A stretch of DNA of 64,000 nucleotides. Origin: Octopus bimaculoides. Its lineage: Eukaryota. This document shows, piece after piece, positions 53,589 through 64,000 of this stretch. Below the pieces are notes generated by a model. The model had not been told where the DNA came from. It saw only the letters and a list, made by a program, of their open reading frames with translations, and ran no database searches. Numbering within the stretch: position 1 is the first letter of the stretch; every line of letters starts with the position of its first letter. The DNA lies in assembly GCF_001194135.2 (NCBI RefSeq), contig NC_068999.1:18294631-18358630 (forward strand), given 5' to 3'. Made by a program: the position numbers and the translations under genes.

Positions 53589-54811
53589 TCAATATTTTTC
53601 CTTCCATTTATTCTTTCCACATAACGGAAGTCAGTATTTTCTTTGTCCACATGCACCTCAGCGAGGCTACAGAAAAAGTGTTAATACATTGAATACTGTT
53701 CCCTCTTGATAGGACAAATACATTTCGATCTGTCTTTGCTAGCAAGAAGCGGGCGGATTTGGCTTGAAATCCAGGCAGGGCAAAACGAGGTTCTACAAGG
53801 TATTTATAATGATAAGTGTTGTTTTATCGGAGTTGAAAGAATTACAAATACAATATTAAATATGCAAAGACAATCTGAGAGCAATAGAAACTATTAAACG
53901 TTTACTGTTTTTTTATGAAATTTGGGGATTAACGGAAGGTAAATGTAACGGAAGTTAATTCACCCGATAATGATTTTCAAAGTTAACACGAAAGTGAAAT
54001 CGTTAGCGTAAATGTTAACTTCGTTAATTACCATTTAGAGGATTAACGGACTTACGCCCAGCTCTGTATATATGTATATACATATTTGGCATATTTCTTG
54101 ATATATATTAAATATCTTGAAATATGTTAAAAGAGTTTGTAGTTAGCTTACTAAGAAGCATATCAATTGGAAGACTTATTTCTGCCAAGGCGTATATAGT
54201 ATATGTGCTACGCAAATAAATATGTCACACATTCTTCTACATGATCATTCACATAAAGTTATATAATTATAATTTCGAAATAATTTATAAAGGACAACAT
54301 TTAGAAAATAGTAATTAAAGTTTGCTCATCACCCAAAAGCTAAATTTCTATCAAATTATAAATAGAATTCGCTTAAATTATACTAATATTTGTGCAATGG
54401 CTGTAAATGGCTTACATTTTCACAATCTAAAATTATCAGTAATTAATAAAACGCCCTTCTGCTCTGCCCCTAGCAATCTGTTTATCTGTCTGTCTCTCTC
54501 TCCCTAAAATTCACCTTCCGAACAGTATGTGTATACATACACACACACATACACACCTACACATGTATACAGCGAGCGAAAGAGGGGAGAGAGGGAGAGC
54601 TGGAGAAAGACACATACAGATACAATATGATGTGCTTTGATTCTTAAAAATCCATTTATATTCAAACACACATATACATATTCATACACACACATAGACA
54701 CACACACGTAGACACACACACATAGCCACACACACAAACACACACTTACATTTCCCAATATATACTTATACCGGACTCACACACACACACACACACACAC
54801 GCACGCACACA

Positions 54812-54843
<32 letters not shown>

Positions 54844-55146
54844 TACCCGCACGAACATATATATGAATTGAACTATGTACATAATAGAGCTGTTTCGCTT
54901 CTGCTAATTCTGCATAGTTTGTGATAATGTTATATTTTCATGCTATTGATATCTATTTATTCCATGATATCTATATAGATGAAGTTTAGTTTGCAAATAA
55001 ATCGGCAATAAAGTTTTACGGGAGAAAAAACTCAGTGTATATACCGAGATGCAGAGAAGGTAATTAACCTTTTATTTTATTGTTATTGATAATGGGTACA
55101 ACTATATAGAGCAAATTTGGAATTATTCCCTAATATTATTATCATG

Positions 55147-55180
<34 letters not shown>

Positions 55181-55509
55181 TGTATATATATATATATTTA
55201 TATATATATATATATATNNNNNNNNNNNNNNNNNNNNNNNNNNNNNNNNNNNNNNNNNNNNNNNNNNNNNNNNNNNNNNNNNNNNNNNNNNNNNNNNNNN
55301 NNNNNNNNNNNNNNNNNNNNNNNNNNNNNNNNNNNNNNNNNNNNNNNNNNNNNNNNNNNNNNNNNNNNNNNNNNNNNNNNNNNNNNNNNNNNNNNNNNNN
55401 NNNNNNNNNNNNNNNNNNNNNNNNNNNNNNNNNNNNNNNNNNNNNNNNNNNNNNNNNNNNNNNNNNNNNNNNNNNNNNNNNNNNNNNNNNNNNNNNNNNN
55501 NNNNNNNNN

Positions 55510-55640
55510 ATTCTTTCTGTTGAAGAGCGTAGTTCGAAACGTCAAAGACTTTCCGTATTCCCGAGCGTCATACTAATATATACTTTTGTTATTTACACCA
55601 CCTGTCCTCGTCTGTTGTTATTATTTGTATATTCTCCCAT
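55510..55640 (+). mobile_element. PLE terminal-repeat-like element ending in (TA)n
   Basis: Homologous to 49075-49200 and 2430-2560; ends CTCCC(AT)n. Confidence 0.6.
55512..55548 (+). ncRNA. Variant minimal hammerhead motif (core CUGUUGA)
   Basis: Stem I TCTTT/AAAGA; CTGTTGA plus extra A; stem II GAGC-GTA-GTTC; GAAA; ACGT palindrome in place of stem III; GUC triplet. Confidence 0.5.
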
Positions 55641-55920
55641 ATATATATATATATATATACATACATACATATATCCGGTCAGTAATTACTCAGTGTAGGC
55701 AGTTAGTAACCTTTATGTAGTAAAACACAAAATAATATGCGAAATACAGGCGCACGATTGAGCTGAAAGCAGATTTACTTCTGCTTTTATAGAGCGTAAA
55801 ATATATATATATATATGTATGTATATATCTATGTACGTGTGTATGTATGTATATATGTGAGAGAGAAACTATGTGTGTGTGTGTGTGTGTGTGCGTGTGT
55901 GTGAGTCATTGTGTTTTTGT

Positions 55921-56060
55921 ATCTGCGTTTGTTCCCTACCACAGCTTGATAGACGGTGTTGGTGTCCTTACGTCCTCGTAAACTACCTGTTTGCCAAAAC
56001 AGGCCGATAAAATAATTACCAGGCTTTAAAACAGCACGTGTCTGGAGTCAATTCATTGCG
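55921..56060 (+). mobile_element. SINE 3' body fragment
   Basis: Reverse-complement counterpart of the 56905-57010 part of the SINE below (TTGATAGACGGTGTTGGTGTCCTTACGTCCTCGTAA..). Confidence 0.5.
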
Positions 56061-56199
56061 TTAAAATATTTTCTTCATGGTGCCGAATTTCTGCTACAGC
56101 GTAATGAACGCAACAAATAAAATCTAAGGCATAAAACGATAGTTTGGAATGAAAGTATTAATAAAGTAAACGTATCTAAACGTTGTTCTGTGGAATAAA

Positions 56200-56900
56200 T
56201 CTTAACATCGAATCTAGAATTGAACATAGCAACAGCAAACTTGCATTTCTCGGTATTTTTTAAAAAAAAGATAACTAAATTGAAACCGACGTCTATTAAA
56301 ACCCAGACACGAAGCAATATCTACTATTTAATTCATGCCACACGAAACTAGATTATGGTGTTCAATTCAGCGAAAAGGATTTGCACAATTGTGTCTGATA
56401 AAAATAACAGGAACGTACGACTTTATGAATCATAAATACAAAATTGTCGAGAGACATTTTCATCCTTCACTAATACATGATTACAGTAGAACGTGCGAAG
56501 AGATTTCATATCAAAACACCAAGGGGAGTAAAATGAAATGACTCACCCGACGTAAAATTATCATATACATCCCAAATCACAACCCTTATTAATATGAAAC
56601 ATATGACAACATTATTCACATTTATATTTGGTGAATAGCGATCCTCAGATGAATCAAATTCCCAGTACCCGCAAATTTACGATCAGAAGACAACTACATA
56701 GGGCAAGCAAGACGCCTCTGAGATAGAGGACACTGCATAAGGAACAAATTCGTTAAGCGAAGACATTGAGAGATGTACAGGCAATCTCCAATAAAGATTT
56801 CAAGATTTTCCTTATATATCTATGCAATGAACAACATCTATACATCATTGTTTACAGAAAGAGACTGAAGTTACTGAAAAATATCAGCAGCATTTATTCT
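56200..56900 (+). mobile_element. Penelope-like element remnant (thumb to GIY-YIG)
   Basis: KIETDVY*/DTKQYLLFNSCH; NSAKRICTIVSDKNNRNVRL; DNYIGQARRL; KDFKIF. Confidence 0.75.
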
Positions 56901-56904
56901 TCGT

Positions 56905-57037
56905 AAGTCTAGTATTTATTCTACCCGTCGTTTATGAGGAACCGCTAGGTTACGGGTACGTAAACACTCTAGAATCGGTTGTTAAGCGATGTTGGGGAAC
57001 CAAACAGAGACACGCGAAAATACACACACACACACAC

Positions 57038-57073
<36 letters not shown>

Positions 57074-57234
57074 CAGGTTTCTTTCAGTTTCCGTCTACAA
57101 AATCCACTCATAGGGTTTTAGTCGGCCCCGGGCTATAGTAGAAGGCGTTTGCGTAAGGTACCACGCAGTGGGACTGAACCCGGAGCCACGTGGTTGATAA
57201 GCAAACTTCTTACCATATAGCCATAAATGCGCCT
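56905..57234 (-). mobile_element. tRNA-derived SINE, near full length, with internal CA/TA microsatellite
   Basis: Minus head AGGCGCATTTATGGCTATATGGTAAGAAGTTTGCTT..GGCTCCGGGTTCAGTCCCACTGCGTGG (A and B boxes). Confidence 0.85.
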
Positions 57235-59189
57235 GCTAAAGAGTCGCTCATGTGCCTATCACACAGTCACACCTGCGCTTACCATACTGCCACTCCTGCA
57301 CGTGTATTTGTATTTGATAGCACAACTAATTTTGCCTACGTAAATATAATCTACGTATATATAATCTACATATTATCCATTTAGTATTAAAAAAGGGGTA
57401 ATAATCTCCCCCGTTTCTAATAACTGTCACTGATTACCTCCACTAAATTTAGTTTACTTACAGATTCTTTTAAGAAAATATGCTTCCTCCTACTACTTTG
57501 GAATAAAAACTTCTTATGAGAACATTAAATTATTACATTATCATTGATTTCTTAGTCATTATCAGCAGAAGATAAACGGCACTTAATTTGATAAATGTAC
57601 ATATTTACCAACGTAATTTCTGTGCATTTTCTTTCTTTTCTATTTCTTGCTACCATACACCACGTGGTATAGTTTCTTTNNNNNNNNNNNNNNNNNNNNN
57701 NNNNNNNNNNNNNNNNNNNNNNNNNNNNNNNNNNNNNNNNNNNNNNNNNNNNNNNNNNNNNNNNNNNNNNNNNNNNNNNNNNNNNNNNNNNNNNNNNNNN
57801 NNNNNNNNNNNNNNNNNNNNNNNNNNNNNNNNNNNNNNNNNNNNNNNNNNNNNNNNNNNNNNNNNNNNNNNNNNNNNNNNNNNNNNNNNNNNNNNNNNNN
57901 NNNNNNNNNNNNNNNNNNNNNNNNNNNNNNNNNNNNNNNNNNNNNNNNNNNNNNNNNNNNNNNNNNNNNNNNNNNNNNNNNNNNNNNNNNNNNNNNNNNN
58001 NNNNNNNNNNNNNNNNNNNNNNNNNNNNNNNNNNNNNNNNNNNNNNNNNNNNNNNNNNNNNNNNNNNNNNNNNNNNNNNNNNNNNNNNNNNNNNNNNNNN
58101 NNNNNNNNNNNNNNNNNNNNNNNNNNNNNNNNNNNNNNNNNNNNNNNNNNNNNNNNNNNNNNNNNNNNNNNNNNNNNNNNNNNNNNNNNNNNNNNNNNNN
58201 NNNNNNNNNNNNNNNNNNNNNNNNNNNNNNNNNNNNNNNNNNNNNNNNNNNNNNNNNNNNNNNNNNNNNNNNNNNNNNNNNNNNNNNNNNNNNNNNNNNN
58301 NNNNNNNNNNNNNNNNNNNNNNNNNNNNNNNNNNNNNNNNNNNNNNNNNNNNNNNNNNNNNNNNNNNNNNNNNNNNNNNNNNNNNNNNNNNNNNNNNNNN
58401 NNNNNNNNNNNNNNNNNNNNNNNNNNNNNNNNNNNNNNNNNNNNNNNNNNNNNNNNNNNNNNNNNNNNNNNNNNNNNNNNNNNNNNNNNNNNNNNNNNNN
58501 NNNNNNNNNNNNNNNNNNNNNNNNNNNNNNNNNNNNNNNNNNNNNNNNNNNNNNNNNNNNNNNNNNNNNNNNNNNNNNNNNNNNNNNNNNNNNNNNNNNN
58601 NNNNNNNNNNNNNNNNNNNNNNNNNNNNNNNNNNNNNNNNNNNNNNNNNNNNNNNNNNNNNNNNNACACACACACACTCTGGGTTTCATTTCGTTCTCAA
58701 TTCGCACACTTCATAAATTACCGTAAATGTATTTATTTATTTTCTTTTTGCACGCCTTGTTCAGCTCGATATATTCGTACTCAGTAACACATGCACAAGT
58801 GTGTTTTTGTATGAACGTTTGTATACATTTATCTATGTGCGTGTGTGTGAGTGAAAGGGCGAGTTGTCATATACACGTACATACATAAATACTTATGCAT
58901 ACATCTTTTTTGTATGTATGTGTGCGTGTATGAGAGTGAGAGATAGAGAAAGTCATATCTAAGTGGCACTCTCTTTCTCTCTCTCTCACGAACATGCACA
59001 CATACGTACAACAAAGATGTATGCCTATTTATCTATGTATATACGTATACATGGCAACACATCTTTTCACTCTCTCTCTCACTCTCTCTCTCTCTCTCTC
59101 ACGATAATTTCATGTGATGATTGATACTGTATGGATGGGTGTGTGTGCGTGTGTGTGTGTGTGTGTGTGCATGTGCAAGCGTCCATACG

Positions 59190-60675
59190 GTGTTCCACGA
59201 TCGCTAGAAGAAAGCAGAGAAACTTTCTGGCTTGATGCTCCTGGTGGCACAGGTAAAACATTTGTTACGTTGCATATCTCCAAAGTTAAGTAACAAAAAA
59301 GAATTGCAATTGCTGTACCATTGTCTGCCTTTGATGCCACCATTCTCCCAGGAGGGCGAACAGATCATTCTACTTTTAAATCACCGCTAAACCTTGTCAC
59401 GAATGATAGTCCAGTTTGTAGCATAAGTAAAGATACAGGTACAGCAGAAGTGGTGTGCCAATGCCACCTTATTATTTGGGATGAATGCACTATGCCACAT
59501 AGAGGTGCAATGGAAGCTAAGAACTTACAGGATGTCAGAGGCAACAATAAATCTATGGGATGAATTACATTAGTTTTATTAGGAGACATCAGACAGACAT
59601 TACCAGTCATTCCGAGACGAACAAGATCTGATGAAATAAAAGCAAGCCTTCACACCTATGGAATAAAGTATTGAAATACTCCTTCAGTACTGATGTGGGA
59701 CCTTTATTACATAGGGACTAATGTGTAAAACAGTTTTCAAATTGTCCCCTCCAATTAGGAAATGGGAAAGTACCATTTGATGGGAACGGTGATATAAGTT
59801 TACCTCATATTGCTATCACGGTGAATTCTCCAGCTGAATTGAAGAAGAGGGTATTTCGATACTCAAGTCATAATTATAATTCACATAAAGGGTTGTTAAA
59901 AGAAAATGACACAGGTGCAGGAATTAACGATAAATTAATGAATAAGAGTTCAATAGTCATTAAGAAGTACAAATCAACTGATTCTGGCTTAGTTGGTAAT
60001 CAAGATGTTCCTTAATTCTCTTGAGCCATCTGGAACTCCTCCACGTGACAATTTTCTGAAGGTAGAAATCCCTATAATGCTGGTAAGAAATGTATATCCT
60101 CCTAAATTATGCAATTGGATAAGGCTGATTGTGAATACATTACCACCTAATATGACAGAAGCTAGCATCATCAATAGATGTGCCTCTGAGGTAGAGGTTT
60201 TCAGTCGAAGAATTCCAATCGAACCAACAGACATGCAATTTTAGTTCAAATGAACACAATTCCCAATACAACTTTACTTTGCAATGTCTATTAATAAAGC
60301 GCAAGGCCAGTCTTTGAAATCTACTGGCTTCATTTTCTCATGGTAATCTTCATGTTGGTTGCTCCAGGATTGGTAGTTTGCAAGACTTATTTGTCTATGA
60401 TACAAACCAGAAAACACAGACTGTTGTTTAACTAGAAACTCTAAGGTAATCTCCGTCAAAATAAATGGTAGAATTTATCTCCATTCTTAAAAGGGGTAAA
60501 TTTTGTATTTCGTTTATTATCATTATTGGTACTATTATTATTGTTGTTGTTGTTGTTCTTGTTCTTCTTCTTCTTCTTCTTCTTCTTCTTTTTCTTCTTC
60601 TTCTTCTTCTTCTTCTTCTTCTTCTTCTTCTTTTTCTTCTTCTTCTTCTTCTTCTTCTCATCATCATCATCATCA

Positions 60676-60713
<38 letters not shown>

Positions 60714-60902
60714 GTTATTATTATTATTATTAGTTTCTATTATGAATTCAGAATTGATTTCCCAATTAAAGAATAAAGTGTATCCCGATTGAAGAATAAA
60801 TTGAATTTAGAATAACTCATCTCTATACAACATATTTTGCATTTTTCTTCTAATATATAATGAAAATTTTCATTCCTGGGCAACGCTGGGTGCCTCTGCT
60901 AG
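59190..60902 (+). mobile_element. Helitron 3' half: PIF1 helicase pseudogene, 3' UTR with compound microsatellite, terminal hairpin and CTAG
   Basis: FWLDAPGGTGKTF (Walker A, about 59225); LPGGRTDHSTFK; IIWDECTM; LLGDIRQTLPVIP; SLEPSGTPP..IMLVRN..KLCN; FAMSINKAQGQSL; FSHG. CCTGG-GCAACG-CTGGG hairpin and CTAG|T at 60899-60903. Confidence 0.92.
60520..60735. repeat. Compound microsatellite (ATT)(GTT)(CTT)(CAT)(ATT) inside the Helitron 3' UTR
   Basis: Direct reading. Confidence 0.95.
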
Positions 60903-61289
60903 TACATATATGTGTGTGTGTGTGAGTGTGTGTGTGTTATGTTATGTCTGTGTTTGTATAGAAAAATAATTGTGAAATAATACAGTAGTATAAGTATCAA
61001 AATGTATTCTTGATCTCTAACTTAACACCGGCACTGTTTTAAAACAAAGAATGCTTCGTTTTATATTGTCATAGGATCACTCGTAAGGAGTGCCGGTGCA
61101 TAAAAGGCTATGAAATTATGTTGCTGGCAGGAGAATATCTTATGATACATCTGCCGGAAATACCAGTTCACGTCGTTTCACTCACCAATCTTTCACTCAC
61201 CTCAGTGACAAATGGCCAGCAGTGCTATAACATTCAAATGCACACGTATTTATAGATATGTATGTATTAATATAAACGTACCGAAACAC

Positions 61290-61665
61290 ATATAGATAGA
61301 TATATAGATAGATAGATAGATATATCGATAGATACATAGATAGATAGAAAGATATATAGATAGGTGGATGTATGGATGGATGGATGGATGGATGGTTGGA
61401 TAAATGGGCAGATATATATATCTGCCCATGCATCCAAGCTTCCTGGTAATTAATCGATATTAATTAATATATGATTTTTGCCATATTTTTTAATAATAAT
61501 ATATATATATATATATATAGATAGATAGATATATAGATAGATAGATACATACATACATACATACATACATTCATACATACATACATACATACATACATAG
61601 ATGGATGGATGGATGGATGGATGGATGGATGGATGGATGGATGGATGGGCAGATATGATAGATAG
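61290..61665. repeat. (GATA)n/(GATG)n/(CATA)n compound repeats
   Basis: Direct reading. Confidence 0.9.
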
Positions 61666-62334
61666 TCAACTTATTGATACACTAAAATCAGTTATTGCAC
61701 ATGTGTGTTAAATTATGTTTCTGTATAAGTGTAGGTATTGTTTGATAAATACTGTTTCGCATAAATCTTTGTCTCTTCCTGTATTGAAAAAAAAGGTAAC
61801 ACAAGTACGCACGTCAAGGATATGTGTCAAGAATAGATATGTCATAAAGGTGTGCTTTAATGTGTTTTGTATTTTTCAGCAAACTTCGACTTTTGTCTAT
61901 TTTCGAAAGTGCATATCACCTCGATCACAATACAATGTACACAGATATACCAACCTATATTCTCTGTAATAATCATGTATTTGCCTTCTAATTCCATAAC
62001 GCGAAGATAATGCATTTACATTCCTCTACACGTATATTATTAAAAAATGGCATTAAACTTACTCTCTCACTTGATGTATTATATATATANNNNNNNNNNN
62101 NNNNNNNNNNNNNNNNNNNNNNNNNNNNNNNNNNNNNNNNNNNNNNNNNNNNNNNNNNNNNNNNNNNNNNNNNNNNNNNNNNNNNNNNNNNNNNNNNNNN
62201 NNNNNNNNNNNNNNNNNNNNNNNNNNCAGACATTTATATGTGTATTGTTATTGTTCATAATGGTCATTTCTTTGGCAAATAAACACAGGCGCTATATATT
62301 CGTTCATTATATCAGCTTTTTATTGTACTATATT

Positions 62335-62375
62335 GTCTTAAATATTTCGTCACATCATGTGACCTCTTCGGAGAC
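62335..62375 (-). ncRNA. Minimal type-I hammerhead motif with U4C core change
   Basis: Minus strand GTCT-CCGAAGA-G-GTCACA-TGA-TGTGAC-GAAA-TATT-TA-AGAC. Confidence 0.55.
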
Positions 62376-64000
62376 TCTCCATCCCAGGTGTCTTCTCCTG
62401 TTCGGTTTAGTCGATTTTGTCTTTCAGTGGTCTGTGTTCTTATCCGTGACTGTGTTTGCCTCTGTATCTCTTCGTGTGTGTGCGTGTGTTTATATATTTA
62501 TCACTAGTCGGGGACGTCCTGTTCTTGCATGTTTTGGGCTATTCTGTCCTGTACTTGATGCATTATATATATATATATATATATATATACGTGCACGCAT
62601 ACAAACAGACACACACACACACACACACACACACTTACATATAGTCAATAATTTTGATATTACGATTTCACACCTGAGACTTGAGATATATCGCATTCGA
62701 GAATTCTACACAAAGACTTCACTCGTTGCTAAACTATAATAATGAGTTGAAAATATTCATTCACTTGTAGCATGATTTCCATGACTATAATGTCAAATCT
62801 ACTGAAAGCTAATTATGATACATTCATGTTAAATGTTTATTTTTTATTCACTTTTACTCAATGATGACCTTTCTAAAACTTGTTCAGCCTTAGTTGTTTC
62901 CTGGCTAGATGACTTTTTCCACATATATCAAAGCTGTGAACGAGTCTCCGGTTCAAATCTTTGCGCAAATAAATGCGAATGTTGTTTAACATATTTTTCG
63001 TAAACTTCATGTCAAAATCTTCAGGAAGTTGCACAAAGGCGCTGAAATTAGAGACTATCTTTTTCCGTATAGTGAAGCAATGGATCTCATGAAGAGGACG
63101 TGTCATAATTGAATAGATGCTATTTTGTTGAAATCTTCTCATCCTATTACTCGGAAAAGATATATATTAATAATGCTATTTTCAATCGAACTGACATATA
63201 TGCAAACCATAATAGCATGAACGATAATAAAACACTGTCACGTTTCATTGGAATTTCCATTAAGCCGTGATTTACTGCAAATATAGGATTTAATTACATT
63301 TTCAGGCAAAAGAAAACGAAATGAAATATTTAACGTGCTTTATTCCACAAACACAGACATACACAGATACACACACACACACACGCACACACACAAATGA
63401 TAAATGAAAGCCATATGAGACTTTAACTCAAGGATTCGCCCATATAGTTCATGCAATTCTTCGAAATAGCTGTCCCTGTTATATCACATCCAACTTAATT
63501 CCGAATAGTCGCAAACATTTTTATGTGTGGATGCACATGACATTGGACATCGATCGTATCTACGTAATGTAAAGTAACAGCACAAAATCTTTGCTGAATA
63601 GTATTTTCTAATGCTAGGAAATAAACCATAATTTATTGCACGAAAAATATAATTGAATATAAGGATATTGTTCTAGTTGTTTTATTAATTATAGATGTAA
63701 ATTTTACAGAAGATAAAATCAACTTGTAGCTCATCTCCATGGAGGAAGCCGAAATTACAACTAATATTATGACATATAATCATGGCTGGATAATACAAGA
63801 CAAAGTAGAGTAAAATTATTATTTTATAAAAAAACAAATGCTGCCTTAAATTGCTTTATTTTTTTCTATTTTACAAAATCGTATTCTGAAAATTCACCTA
63901 ATTAGCAATTTGAAACATACAATCATATATACAGAAAAGCATAAAGTGTAATATGCAACGGGAAAAAAACAAGTATATATTCGCTTTCATATAAATATAT

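Noticed and set aside
27165-57234. SINE heads as tRNA genes
   Set aside because: A/B boxes continue into SINE bodies with no complete acceptor or anticodon stems
6033-58787. Long ORFs in the supplied track that run through N-gaps (e.g. 6033-7355, 13618-14496, 48294-49085, 57552-58787)
   Set aside because: Length comes from unknown bases translated as X, so they are not evidence of coding
5353-60792. Homopolymeric ORFs (poly-Y/I/L/S/K/R, HT, YI, CV repeats)
   Set aside because: Translations of microsatellites

Overview
AT-rich eukaryotic genomic DNA from a gapped draft scaffold. There are 20 N-gaps, mostly abutting (TA)n/(CA)n/(GATA)n microsatellites. The microsatellite load and SINE/LINE repertoire look cephalopod (Octopus-like); this is inference from recalled repeat families, not a database result. 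I could not confidently identify any host protein-coding gene, rRNA, true tRNA or CRISPR array, so the window reads as intron or intergenic DNA full of decayed mobile elements. These include four Penelope-like (PLE) coding fragments plus PLE terminal-repeat-like pieces, two R4/Dong-type RLE LINE fragments, a Tx1/L1-type LINE 3' fragment, a CCCH zinc-finger LINE ORF1-like fragment and a Gypsy pol fragment. There are also about eight Tc1/mariner remnants from several lineages, a Helitron 3' half (PIF1 helicase, terminal hairpin, CTAG) and several tRNA-derived SINEs. The most interesting signal is a set of minimal type-I hammerhead-ribozyme motifs. One is fully formed at the 3' end of a PLE (19728-19770). 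One is an A6U core variant with an ACGT dimerisation palindrome in a (TA)n-embedded repeat present three times. One lies on the minus strand at 62335-62375. Also notable are a 560-bp non-coding element sharing a (TAA)n array with an R4/Dong LINE, an 86-bp palindrome at a PLE 5' junction, and a few isolated candidate small exons.
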